A stretch of 64,000 nt of DNA, taken from positions 10,801,656 to 10,865,655 of the forward strand of contig CM082583.2 in assembly GCA_040954595.2 (NCBI GenBank), read 5' to 3'. Every line of letters starts with the position of its first letter. The stretch's first letter is position 1. The notes beneath the pieces are model-generated. The model was not told where the DNA came from and did no database searches. It was given only the letters and a program-made list of their open reading frames with translations. Shown here one piece after another: positions 48,589 to 62,800 of the stretch. Made by a program: the position numbers and the translations under genes. Source of the DNA: Balanoglossus misakiensis (Eukaryota; Animalia; Hemichordata).

Positions 48589-50929
48589 ATTTATGCAGAC
48601 ATGTATAGGACTTTTACCACACTGCCACAAACATTGCAAGAGTATTGTTTTTTTTTTAAATATGAAAATAAAAACTTCCCGAGTGTGTTGTTTGGCAATA
48701 ACGTTATTATTTAATTAAATTTATTTTCCATTATGTTTGTTGATATTCATAGACTGTAAGTGGAGCTTGCGTGCCTGCCATGATAAATAGATTGATATAT
48801 GAACAATAACTAAATATACGTGTGAAAACAATTGGTCGACTTCTGAGTAAACCGTATGCGGAATATAAATCAATCTTACCTCATTGTTAATTTCACGCTT
48901 CGGAGCCTTTCGGATTTTTGATCAAGGCAGCTCGTACAGGTCAAATTGAATTTGTGACTTTCTAAATGACACGTTGCTGTGAATAAAAGGATAGCAAAGG
49001 TGACTCTTCCCGGGGGACGTCAATTTGATCGATGGCATAGAGCGATGATATGTTAGATGAAGTTATACTTCAATTTCCGGGGTTGGCTGTTTACTGCTAA
49101 ACGTCCGCAACGTAGCGTTTTCGTCTGAAAAAAAACCCGCTATGATAAGAAGTCTAAGTCACTTATCCGTTAACCAAATGTCTCCGATGAATGAATTATG
49201 CAGGACAATGCTACCAGAAAACGATTTATTTTCCATTTCTGAAGTTCTCAGCGACTAAAGTCAGTTGAGTTATGGACGGGCTTTCAGTAAATGGGCAATC
49301 TCAGTGTTTATTACTTTTTTCTAGTGTGCCTTATCACTATTTATTGAACTCTGCGTATAGAATAAGGACAAGATCTGATCAGGCTATTAATTCAAAAAGA
49401 ACAGTATTAGTACGGCGATATTTCATACAAGGTTGACTAAAAGGTATGTCTATTAGACTTTGGCGAGTACTGTTCTTTATGAGGCCACTTATGTGAACGG
49501 TAAGTTATCATTCAGATATGTCGTTCCAATGTCGCCTGATATTCTTGGAGACGTCTGACATTTTTGCAAGGAAATTTCACAGGTTCGGATCATAAACTTA
49601 TCCCTACTTAGAATTTGTAAAACTTTGTCCAGGCCGAGATGGGTATGAACAGTTAACAGCCATTGTTTCAAACCACCATTTAGTTGAATTCTGGTGTCAT
49701 GGCTTTGTTAAATGTAGATTGTGTTGGGATGACGTCGAGCCAACCGCTAAGTTGTCAGCGTACAATCGTTATGTAACTGACCGAGCAATTTTGCCGCACC
49801 TGCACTCTTGGAAACGAGGGTTAACGGTCACGTGATCGTCATTGCCCCATTCGATTTGTTGGTGCCTTGTGTGTGGAGAAATCTGAGAAACCGGCTTTCG
49901 CTGCAGCTTGCAAACGTTTACGGCGTGGAGCAGACATCACACGGAAATCTAGGTGTTAATTGGGTAAGCAGCACACGTAATGACCGATTCGAAGTAATTT
50001 ACATGGAGATTGAATATTGATTTTTAGCACATTGCTGACAACTGGGATGACTGGCCGGGGAACTTCAGCTGCAGGCTGAATGTCAGTGCCGACTTGCCGT
50101 GCCCCCTTGCCCTCATTGTCAAGAAGACAAGCTATCACTCAGCCAATGTAATCGAATCGGAATGTCACATTTAATTTTTACCATCGAATGAGAAAGCTCT
50201 AATCAACCATGATTGCGAGATGTGAGATTTTTTTGTATATTGACCAAGACCATTTCGTAAAAACACTGTTATGAGGTCTACTAGTAACACTAAAGATCCA
50301 TCGAAATAGTAATTACAGCGAAACAGGTCTATTCTCAAGGCACCCTTCATAAATAGACGATCGGAATTTGTAAAGTTTTGATTTTCGTCCTAAAACTTTC
50401 CGCATGAAAGGAGTGTCCTGATTATACATACGTATGCAGTACAGTTTGAACTCTCAGGTTGTCTATTGTGCATTGAGATCCTGTGTTTCAACATTATTGG
50501 CGAAATCGATTTTCACACTGAGCCAGTCGGGGTTTGTCGTCTACTTGTCTCATGCGTGTCTATGGGGAATTTCTCCAAATGCAACCTGTCCCACGTTGGC
50601 GTGTTGAATTGTTTGGTCGGAAACTGCTCGCGAGTGCAGTGATTGATAGCACGAGATTATGTGATTAACGACAACGAATTCTCGCGTTATTTGCGGCCGA
50701 TCTCTTGCCTGTTGTGGAGGTTCGCAGAAATGTTCGCATGCTTCTGCCGGAGACGTGGTCGGGACCGTTGTGCCTCCTCATCTCATGGATATGATTGCAG
50801 TGACTTCGCTTTCCCGCGAATCTACGTTTGGTAACCGTTGATTTCTTGGCCAGCGAAAGTCCCTCGTCGAAAGCAACTCAGCAAGCGGTTATCGACGGAC
50901 CACATCGGAACTTTGGAAAGCGTCGCAAT

Positions 50930-53505
50930 ATGGAATCACCTATCCAGTTTTCAACGACAAATGCCACTACTCCTGGCGGGTACATTTATATAGCACCAGC
51001 AGTTTTGAATTTCATTCTACCGTGCATCATGTCGGTTCTTGTGGTCCTGACAGTTTTCGGGAATTTCATGGTTCTGGTCGTCATTATGAAAACGCCGAAG
51101 TTACAGGACATCGCAGGCATATACATGATGAACCTGATAGCCACGGACTTCGCCTACGGGGTGGTTGCTCTGCCGCTGACTCTTGTGTCCTCGGCGTACG
51201 GTCGCTGGGTTCTTGGACAGACACTATGCAAATTCAAGGGGCTTCTAACGGCTTTGCTGAGCTCCGTGTCGTACGGAACCCTCGCTTTAATGAGTGTCGA
51301 GAAGTACATTGCTATTTTAAAACCACTACGTTACTCCCAAATCATGACCCGAAAGACCATGCTTGTCTCCTTGGTCGGGCTCTGGTTGTACATGGGCACT
51401 CTGTCGGCATTTCCCTTGTTTGGATGGGGGAAATACGAATTTATTCCAGCGACATTTACTTGTGCAACGAAATGGAGACATTCCATGAGCTATACTTTGA
51501 CATTCCTCTTCACTGCTCTTCTGCCATCCATGATCACCATTAATATCGCATACTTCTACATACTCCGAATAGCAAGGTAAACTACGATGGATGAATGCCA
51601 ACATGTTTCCTCTCATATCGATCGATTGATTTATTGGTTGGTTGGTTGGTTGGTTGGTTAATTATATATCATGTTCATATCATATGTAAGGCAAAAGACT
51701 TGTGGGAGTAAAATAAAGCAGGCCAACATAAATTTTAGTTTGTTGTTTGCCTATACTTATAGTAAGGTCTGTATATACGCAACTGTATTTTATATCAATA
51801 CCGCAGTGTGATTTGATCAGAATTGGATTATCCACTAGATGTGTTTGTTGTGATGGAAATTGAATTTGTGGAGTGATTGTGTCTGGCCGTGACACGCGTC
51901 CCCAAGGTTAACTCCATTTGCACTGTTATTTACCCTATAGAGATAAGAACATTTCCATTAATTTTCAATATTTTCTATCTTCCGGGCAATTAAGAAAAAT
52001 GGCACTTATTAGATACTAAACGACTTCTATAAATAACGTAGAAAAAATCGTCCTGAGTATTGTAAATTGTAATCAGGCGAACTTGAATAATACTCCATTC
52101 CACAGGGCAATTTGCAAGATAAATGATATAAACCGGTTTATAAACGGTTTTAATGAAATGTGGTATGTTTTCAGAATTTGAATGGTCCTGTATAGATAAA
52201 TCATTTTCTCAGCTCTCAAACCATCCCTTTAATACAAATGAGCCTCGGGTAACAGCATACACTCGGTTTAATTATCTTCAACAAAGCGGAACAGTTTCTT
52301 TGCAATGAAACTAAGGAGTAGACTTGATTTTTTCTTCAAAAGATTGCAGTTTCTCTTACATAGGCTTAAGCTTTAATTAATAGTGTCGCGTATGAAAGAA
52401 ATTCCTTACAATGTCGTCTCCATTATCGGAGTGTCACTATCGGTTCTATTCACGTGACTCCATCAATATTTACAAGACATCGGGAATTATTCCCAAGTTG
52501 ACGTGATTTAATGTCTTTCAACGCTGTAGTTATATTACCGAAGGAAAGTCATTATAGACCTTCATGTACTCCATTACTCTACTGTAGAGATATATATTAT
52601 CCCATCAGACATAATCCGACTTGAGGACGTTCATTGCTATATCGTAAAAGCGTCACTCTATTTTATGGGTGAGATTACATCCCCGCTCTACCACATTGAT
52701 GACGTGTCCGATTTTAACAATTTCCAGATAATCCATGATCAGATAATCCATGGTTGATTTACAGTTTAAACGCATGTGTATTTGTATCTTTATGCCGCTC
52801 TTCGTCTCATGCTTATTGTTCTAACCCAATCATAATTTTCTTACCACTCACAGACAACAAGCCAGAAAGGTCAACGTCGTTGGCGCACGCCCAAAAGATG
52901 ACGTTGAAAGAGAACAGCCCAACACTAATGAACCTGCTGACAACATTGGACAAAATCACTTCCCGCCACAAAAGAAAACGTTTAACAAGACACAAACGAA
53001 AGCCGCTATGACAGTATTAATTGTAGTCGGTAGGTATAACGATGTTTGCTGACGAATTAATCAATCAATCTACAGCGTTCAGCGCCTGATGCGATGGAGC
53101 GCCCGCACACGCGTCCTATCTCAATCGTTAGAGGAGAACAAATCGTTTTAAACAGTACAACCAAGAATAACACTTTTTACCAAGTAGAAGATATTTTCAT
53201 GCTTTTATTTTTTAGGAGTGTTTATGTTGTCTTGGAGTCCACTAGCCATTGCAAATACTTGGTCCATGGCAGCTGACAGATCTCTACCGTTCTACGTGGA
53301 GTTGGTAGTATCTTGGGTTGCCTGCTTGAATTCAGCGTTGAATCCGTACATCTATGCGCTCAGAACGAAGAGTTTTCAACGGGGCCTGAAACAAATTTTG
53401 CGGTCGTGCTCCTTCAGACCCTGTAGTGACGAATGCGGCTGTCTGACACGGAGAACGTCAACGGAGATTTTTGATCAGTCAATAGTTCCTACTGAACAGG
53501 CATAG
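50930..53505 (+). CDS. Class A (rhodopsin-like) orphan GPCR, GPR161/aminergic-like; exons ~50930-51576, 52854-53030, 53216-53505
   Basis: TM1 GN, TM2 NLIATD, TM3 Cys plus EKY, TM4 W...P, ECL2 Cys, TM6 SWSP, TM7 NSALNPYIY, helix 8 with Cys. Confidence 0.88.
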
Positions 53506-53864
53506 TACAGGAAGTCTTGTCAACCAAGGAACAATTCTTTTGGTGTTGTCTATCATTTGTGATTCTTCTCTTGTATTGTGCTTTTTGTCGTTTTTACCTG
53601 TGTCACACTACCAAATGTAAATAGTTAAACGTGCTATAATATCATAAGATGGCGTTTCTCGTGATTAGCTGCAAATTCTTGTTATATTTTCAATGTTTTC
53701 AGTGTATGTATCATATTTTTATTTCTTCGTGCCGAAAATAAAAATAATGAAATTTCACAACAATTCGAAGAAACTCTAAATTTCTTTACCACTGGACACA
53801 CGCAAACAACAACAATGACCCCAAAAATTATGAAATTTGTCATTTTTGATGAACAGGCATAGTA

Positions 53865-56800
53865 TTTTGAAAATTCGCAAAGTCGAAAAATCGTCGATTT
53901 TTGAACATTTTCCTGAGCTATAACCCATGGTTTTTTCAAAAAATGACCAAATTTTGAAAATTCGCAAAGTCGAAAAATCCTCGATTTTTGAACATTTTCC
54001 TGAGCTATAACCCATGGTTTGTTCAAAAAATGACCAAATTTTGAAAATTCGCAAAGTCGAAAAATCCTCGATTTTTGAACATTTTCCTGAGCTATAACCC
54101 ATGGTTTTTTCAAAAAATGACCAAATTTTGAAAATTCGCAAAGTCGAAAAATCCTCGATTTTTGAACATTTTTTCTGAGCTATAACCCATTGTTTTTTCA
54201 AAAAATGACCAAATTTTGAAAATTCGCAAAGTCGAAAAATCCTCGATTTTTGAACATTTTCCTGAGCTATAACCCATGGTTTTTTCAAAAAATGACCAAA
54301 TTTTGAAAATTCGCAAAGTCGAAAAATCGTCGATTTTTGAACATTTTCCTGAGCTATAACCCATGGTTTTTTCAAAAAATGACCAAATTTTGAAAATTCG
54401 AAAAGTCGAAAAATCGTCGATTTTTGAACATTTTCCTGAGCTATAACCCATGGTTTTTTTCAAAAAATGACCAAATTTTGAAAATTCGCAAAGTCGAAAA
54501 ATCCTCGATTTTTGAACATTTTCCTGAGCTATAACCCATGGTTTTTTCAAAAAATGACCAAATTTTGAAAATTCGCAAAGTCGAAAAATCCTCGATTTTT
54601 GAACATTTTCCTGAGCTATAACCCATGGTATTTTCAAAAAATGACCAAATTTTGAAAATTCGAAAAGTCGAAAAATCGTCGATTTTTGAACATTTTCCTG
54701 AGATGGTTTTTTCAAAAAATGACCAAATTTTGAAAATTCGAAAAGTCGAAAAATCGTCGATTTTTGAACATTTTCCTGAGCTATAACCATATAACCCATG
54801 GTTTTTTTCAAAAAATGACCAAATTTTGAAAATTCGAAAAGTCGAAAAATCCTCGATTTTTGAACATTTTCCTGAGCTATAACCCATGGTTTTTTCAAAA
54901 AATGACCAAATTTTGAAAATTCGAAAAGTCGAAAAATCCTCGATTTTTGAACATTTTCCTGAGCTATAACCCATGGTTTTTTCAAAAAATGACCAAATTT
55001 TGAAAATTCGCAAAGTCGAAAAATCCTCGATTTTTGAACATTTTCCTGAGCTATAACCCATGTTTTTTTTCAAAAAATGACCAAATTTTGAAAATTCGCA
55101 AAGTCGAAAAATCCTCGATTTTTGAACATTTTCCTGAGCTATAACCCATGGTTTTTTCAAAAAATGACCAAATTTTGAAAATTCGAAAAGTCGAAAAATC
55201 CTCGATTTTTGAACATTTTCCTGAGCTATAACCCATGGTTTTTTCAAAAAATGACCAAATTTTGAAAATTCGCAAAGTCGAAAAATCCTCGATTTTTGAA
55301 CATTTTCCTGAGCTATAACCCATGGTTTTTTCAAAAAATGACCAAATTTTGAAAATTCGAAAAGTCGAAAAATCCTCGATTTTTGAACATTTTCCTGAGC
55401 TATAACCCATGGTTTTTTCAAAAAATGACCAAATTTTGAAAATTCGAAAAGTCGAAAAATCCTCGATTTTTGAACATTTTCCTGAGCTATAACCCATGGT
55501 TTTTTCAAAAAATGACCAAATTTTGAAAATTCGAAAAGTCGAAAAATCCTCGATTTTTGAACATTTTCCTGAGCTATAACCCATGGTTTTTTCAAAAAAT
55601 GACCAAATTTTGAAAATTCGCAAAGTCGAAAAATCCTCGATTTTTGAACATTTTCCTGAGCTATAACCCATGGTTTTTCCAAAAAATGACCAAATTTTGA
55701 AAATTCGAAAAGTCGAAAAATCCTCGATTTTTGAACATTTTCCTGAGCTATAACCCATGGTTTTTTCAAAAAATGACCAAATTTTGAAAATTCGAAAAGT
55801 CGAAAAATCCTCGATTTTTGAACATTTTCCTGAGCTATAACCCATGGTTTTTTCAAAAAATGACCAAATTTTGAAAATTCGAAAAGTCGAAAAATCCTCG
55901 ATTTTTGAACATTTTCCTGAGCTATAACCCATGGTTTTTTCAAAAAATGACCAAATTTTGAAAATTCGAAAAGTCGAAAAATCGTCGATTTTTGAACATT
56001 TTCCTGAGCTATAACCCATGGTTTTTTCAAAAAATGACCAAATTTTGAAAATTCGAAAAGTCGAAAAATCCTCGATTTTTGAACATTTTCCTGAGCTATA
56101 ACCCATGGTTTTTTTCAAAAAATGACCAAATTTTGAAAATTCGAAAAGTCGAAAAATCCTCGATTTTTGAACATTTTCCTGAGCTATAACCCATGGTTTT
56201 TTCAAAAAATGACCAAATTTTGAAAATTCGAAAAGTCGAAAAATCCTCGATTTTTGAACATTTTCCTGAGCTATAACCCATGATTTTTTCAAAAAATGAC
56301 CAAATTTTGAAAATTCGAAAAGTCGAAAAATCCTCGATTTTTGAACATTTTCCTGAGCTATAACACATGGTTTTTTTCAAAAAATGACCAAATTTTGAAA
56401 ATTCGAAAAGTCGAAAAATCCTCGATTTTTGAACATTTTCCTGAGCTATAACCCATGGTTTTTTCAAAAAATGACCAAATTTTGAAAATTCGCAAAGTCG
56501 AAAAATCCTCGATTTTTGAACATTTTCCTGAGCTATAACCCATGGTTTTTTCAAAAAATGACCAAATTTTGAAAATTCGCAAAGTCGAAAAATCCTCGAT
56601 TTTTGAACATTTTCCTGAGCTATAACCCATGGTTTTTTTCAAAAAATGACCAAATTTTGAAAATTCGCAAAGTCGAAAAATCCTCGATTTTTGAACATTT
56701 TCCTGAGCTATAACCCATGGTTTTTTCAAAAAATGACCAAATTTTGAAAATTCGAAAAGTCGAAAAATCCTCGATTTTTGAACATTTTCCTGAGCTATAA

Positions 56801-59800
56801 CCCATGGTTTTTTCAAAAAATGACCAAATTTTGAAAAGTCGAAAAGTCGAAAAATCCTCGATTTTTGAACATTTTCCTGAGCTATAACCCATGGTTTTTT
56901 CAAAAAATGACCAAATTTTGAAAATTCGAAAAGTCGAAAAATCCTCGATTTTTGAACATTTTCCTGAGCTATAACCCATGGTTTTTTCAAAAAATGACCA
57001 AATTTAGAAAATTCGAAAAGTCGAAAAATCCTCGATTTTTGAACATTTTCCTGAGCTATAACCCATGGTTTTTTCAAAAAATGACCAAATTTTGAAAATT
57101 CGCAAAGTCGAAAAATCCTCGATTTTTGAACATTTTCCTGAGCTATAACCCATGGTTTTTTCAAAAAATGACCAAATTTTGAAAATTCGCAAAGTCGAAA
57201 AAGCCTCGATTTTTGAACATTTTCCTGAGCTATAACCCATGGTTTTTTCAAAAAATGACCAAATTTTGAAAATTCGAAAAGTCGAAAAATCCTCGATTTT
57301 TGAACATTTTCCTGAGCTATAACCCATGGTTTATTCAAAAAATGACCAAATTTTGAAAATTCGAAAAGTCGAAAAATCCTCGATTTTTGAACATTTTCCT
57401 GAGCTATAACCCATGGTTTTTTCAAAAAATGACCAAATTTTGAAAATTCGAAAAGTCGAAAAATCCTCGATTTTTGAACATTTTCCTGAGCTATAACCCA
57501 TGTTTTTTTCAAAAAATGACCAAATTTTGAAAATTCGCAAAGTCGAAAAAGCCTCGATTTTTGAACATTTTCCTGAGCTATAACCCATGGTTTTTTCAAA
57601 AAATGACCAAATTTTGAAAATTCGAAAAGTCGAAAAATCCTCGATTTTTGAACATTTTCCTGAGCTATAACCCATGGTTTATTCAAAAAATGACCAAATT
57701 TTGAAAATTCGAAAAGTCGAAAAATCCTCGATTTTTGAACATTTTCCTGAGCTATAACCCATGGTTTTTTCAAAAAATGACCAAATTTTGAAAATTCGAA
57801 AAGTCGAAAAATCCTCGATTTTTGAACATTTTCCTGAGCTATAACCCATGGTTTTTTCAAAAAATGACCAAATTTTGAAAATTCGCAAAGTCGAAAAATC
57901 CTCGATTTTTGAACATTTTCCTGAGCTATAACCCATGGTTTTTTCAAAAAATGACCAAATTTTGAAAATTCGCAAAGTCGAAAAATCCTCGATTTTTGAA
58001 CATTTTCCTGAGCTATAACCCATGGTTTTTTCAAAAAATGACCAAATTTTGAAAATTCGAAAAGTCGAAAAATCCTCGATTTTTGAACATTTTCCTGAGC
58101 TATAACCCATGGTTTTTTCAAAAAATGACCAAATTTTGAAAATTCGAAAAGTCGAAAAATCCTCGATTTTTGAACATTTTCCTGAGCTATAACCCATGGT
58201 TTTTTCAAAAAATGACCAAATTTTGAAAATTCGAAAAGTCGAAAAATCCTCGATTTTTGAACATTTTCCTGAGCTATAACCCATGGTTTTTTCAAAAAAT
58301 GACCAAATTTTGAAAATTCGAAAAGTCGAAAAATCCTCGATTTTTGAACATTTTCCTGAGCTATAACCCATGGTTTTTTCAAAAAATGACCAAATTTTGA
58401 AAATTCGCAAAGTCGAAAAATCCTCGATTTTTGAACATTTTCCTGAGCTATAACCCATGGTTTTTTCAAAAAATGACCAAATTTTGAAAATTCGCAAAGT
58501 CGAAAAATCCTCGATTTTTGAACATTTTCCTGAGCTATAACCCATGGTTTTTTCAAAAAATGACCAAATTTTGAAAATTCGAAAAGTCGAAAAATCCTCG
58601 ATTTTTGAACATTTTCCTGAGCTATAACCCATGGTTTATTCAAAAAATGACCAAATTTTGAAAATTCGAAAAGTCGAAAAATCCTCGATTTTTGAACATT
58701 TTCCTGAGCTATAACCCATGGTTTTTTCAAAAAATGACCAAATTTTGAAAATTCGAAAAGTCGAAAAATCCTCGATTTTTGAACATTTTCCTCAGCTATA
58801 ACCCATGGTTTTTTCAAAAAATGACCAAATTTTGAAAATTCGAAAAGTCGAAAAATCCTCGATTTTTGAACATTTTCCTGAGCTATAACCCATGGTTTTT
58901 TCAAAAAATGACCAAATTTTGAAAATTCGAAAAATCGAAAAATCGTCGATTTTTGGACATTTTCCTGAGCTATAACCCATGGTTTTTTTCAAAAAATGAC
59001 CAAATTTTGAAAATTCGCAAAGTTGAAAAATCCTCGATTTTTGAACATTTTCCTGAGCTATAACCCATGGTTTTTTCAAAAAATGACCAAATTTTGAAAA
59101 TTCGAAAAGTCGAAAAATCCTCGATTTTTGAACATTTTCCTGAGCTATAACCCATGGTTTTTTCAAAAAATGACCAAATTTTGAAAATTCGAAAAGTCGA
59201 AAAATCCTCGATTTTTGAACATTTTCCTGAGCTATAACCCATGGTTTTTTCAAAAAATGACCAAATTTTGAAAATTCGAAAAGTCGAAAAATCCTCGATT
59301 TTTGAACATTTTCCTGAGCTATAACCCATGGTTTTTTCAAAAAATGACCAAATTTTGAAAATTCGAAAAGTCGAAAAATCCTCGATTTTTGAACATTTTC
59401 CTGAGCTATAACCCATGGTTTTTTCAAAAAATGACCAAATTTTGAAAATTCGCAATGTCGAAAAATCCTCGATTTTTGAACATTTTCCTGAGCGTTTTTT
59501 TCAAAAAATGACCAAATTTTGAAAATTCGAAAAGTCGAAAAATCCTCGATTTTTGAACATTTTCCTGAGCTATAACCCATGGTTTTTTCAAAAAATGACC
59601 AAATTTTGAAAATTCGAAAAGTCGAAAAATCCTCGATTTTTGAACATTTTCCTGAGCTATAACCCATGTTTTTTTCAAAAAATGACCAAATTTTGAAAAT
59701 TCGAAAAGTCGAAAAATCCTCGATTTTTGAACATTTTCCTGAGCTATAACCCATGGTTTTTTCAAAAAATGACCTAATTTTGAAAATTCGAAAAGTCGAA

Positions 59801-62800
59801 AAATCCTCGATTTTTGAACATTTTCCTGAGCTATAACCCATGGTTTTTTCAAAAAATGACCAAATTTTGAAAATTCGAAAAGTCGAAAAATCGTCGATTT
59901 TTGAACATTTTCCTGAGCTATAACCCATGGTTTTTTCAAAAAATGACCAAATTTTGAAAATTCGAAAAGTCGAAAAATCCTCGATTTTTGAACATTTTCC
60001 TGAGCTATAACCCATGGTTTTTTCAAAAAATGACCAAATTTTGAAAATTCGAAAAGTCGAAAAATCCTCGATTTTTGAACATTTTCCTGAGCTATAACCC
60101 ATGGTTTTTTCAAAAAATGACCAAATTTTGAAAATTCGAAAAGTCGAAAAATCCTCGATTTTTGAACATTTTCCTGAGCTATAACCCATGGTTTTTTCAA
60201 AAAATGACCAAATTTTGAAAAGTCGAAAAGTCGAAAAATCCTCGATTTTTGAACATTTTCCTGAGCTATAACCCATGGTTTTTTCAAAAAATGACCAAAT
60301 TTTGAAAATTCGCAAAGTCGAAAAATCCTCGATTTTTGAACATTTTCCTGAGCTATAACCCATGGTTTTTTCAAAAAATGACCAAATTTTGAAAATTCGA
60401 AAAGTCGAAAAATCCTCGATTTTTGAACATTTTCCTGAGCTATAACCCATGGTTTTTTCAAAAAATGACCAATTTTTGAAAATTCGAAAAGTCGAAAAAT
60501 CCTCGATTTTTGAACATTTTCCTGAGCTATAACCCATGGTTTTTTCAAAAAATGACCAAATTTTGAAAAGTCGAAAAGTCGAAAAATCGTCGATTTTTGA
60601 ACATTTTCCTGAGCTATAACCCATGGTTTTTTCAAAAAATGACCAAATTTTGAAAATTCGAAAAGTCGAAAAATCCTCGATTTTTGAACATTTTCCTGAG
60701 CTATAACCCATGGTTTTTTCAAAAAATGACCAAATTTTGAAAATTCGAAAAGTCGAAAAATCCTCGATTTTTGAACATTTTCCTGAGCTATAACCCATGG
60801 TTTTTTTCAAAAAATGACCAAATTTTGAAAATTCGCAAAGTCGAAAAATCCTCGATTTTTGAACATTTTCCTGAGCTATAACCCATGGTTTTTTTCAAAA
60901 AATGACCAAATTTTGAAAATTCGAAAAGTCGAAAAATCCTCGATTTTTGAACATTTTCCTGAGCTATAACCCATGGTTTTTTCAAAAAATGACCAAATTT
61001 TGAAAATTCGAAAAGTCGAAAAATCCTCGATTTTTGAACATTTTCCTGAGCTATAACCCATGGTTTTTTCAAAAAATGACCAAATTTTGAAAATTCGCAA
61101 AGTCGAAAAATCCTCGATTTTTGAACATTTTCCTGAGCTATAACCCATGGTTTTTTCAAAAAATGACCAAATTTTGAAAATTCGCAAAGTCGAAAAATCG
61201 TCGATTTTTGAACATTTTCCTGAGCTATAACCCATGGTTTTTTCAAAAAATGACCAAATTTTGAAAATTCGAAAAGTCGAAAAATCCTCGATTTTTGAAC
61301 ATTTTCCTGAGCTATAACCCATGGTTTTTTCAAAAAATGACCAAATTTTGAAAATTCGCAAAGTCGAAAAATCCTCGATTTTTGAACATTTTCCTGAGCT
61401 ATAACCCATGGCTTTTTCAAAAAATGACCAAATTTTGAAAATTCGAAAAGTCGAAAAATCCTCGATTTTTGAACATTTTCCTGAGCTATAACCCATGTTT
61501 TTTTCAAAAAATGACCAAATTTTGAAAAGTCGAAAAGTCGAAAAATCGTCGATTTTTGAACATTTTCCTGAGCTATAACCCATGGTTTTTTCAAAAAATG
61601 ACCAAATTTTGAAAATTCGCAAAGTCGAAAAATCCTCGATTTTTGAACATTTTCCTGAGCTATAACCCATGGTTTTTTCAAAAAATGACCAAATTTTGAA
61701 AATTCGCAAAGTCGAAAAATCCTCGATTTTTGAACATTTTCCTGAACTATAACCCATGGTTTTTTTCAAAAAATGACCAAATTTTGAAAATTCGAAAAGT
61801 CGAAAAATCCTCGATTTTTGAACATTTTCCTGAGCTATAACCCATGTTTTTTTCAAAAAATGACCAAATTTTGAAAATTCGAAAAGTCGAAAAATCCTCG
61901 ATTTTTGAACATTTTCCTGAGCTATAACCCATGGTTTTTTCAAAAAATGACCAAATTTTGAAAATTCGCAAAGTCGAAAAATCCTCGATTTTTGAACATT
62001 TTCCTGAGCTATAACCCATGGTTTTTTTCAAAAAATGACTAAATTTTGAAAATTCGAAAAGTCGAAAAATCCTCGATTTTTGAACATTTTCCTGAGCTAT
62101 AACCCATGTTTTTTTCAAAAAATGACCAAATTTTGAAAATTCGAAAAGTCGAAAAATCCTCGATTTTTGAACATTTTCCTGAGCTATAACCCATGGTTTT
62201 TTCAAAAAATGACCAAATTTTGAAAATTCGAAAAGTCGAAAAATCCTCGATTTTTGAACATTTTCCTGAGCTATAACCCATGGTTTTTTCAAAAAATGAC
62301 CAAATTTTGAAAATTCGAAAAGTCGAAAAATCCTCGATTTTTGAACATTTTCCTGAGCTATAACCCATGGTTTTTTCAAAAAATGACCAAATTTTGAAAA
62401 TTCGAAAAGTCGAAAAATCCTCGATTTTTGAACATTTTCCTGAGCTATAACCCATGGTTTTTTCAAAAAATGACCAAATTTTGAAAATTCGAAAAGTCGA
62501 AAAATCCTCGATTTTTGAACATTTTCCTGAGCTATAACCCATGGTTTTTTCAAAAAATGAACAAATTTTGAAAATTCGAAAAGTCGAAAAATCCTCGATT
62601 TTTGAACATTTTCCTGAGCTATAACCCATGGTTTTTTCAAAAAATGACCAAATTTTGAAAATTCGAAAAGTCGAAAAATCCTCGATTTTTGAACATTTTC
62701 CTGAGCTATAACCCATGGTTTTTTCAAAAAATGACCAAATTTTGAAAATTCGAAAAGTCGAAAAATCCTCGATTTTTGAACATTTTCCTGAGCTATAACC

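Noticed and set aside
50930-53505. GPCR as an opsin
   Set aside because: TM7 reads WVACLNSALNPYIY, with no retinal-binding Lys.
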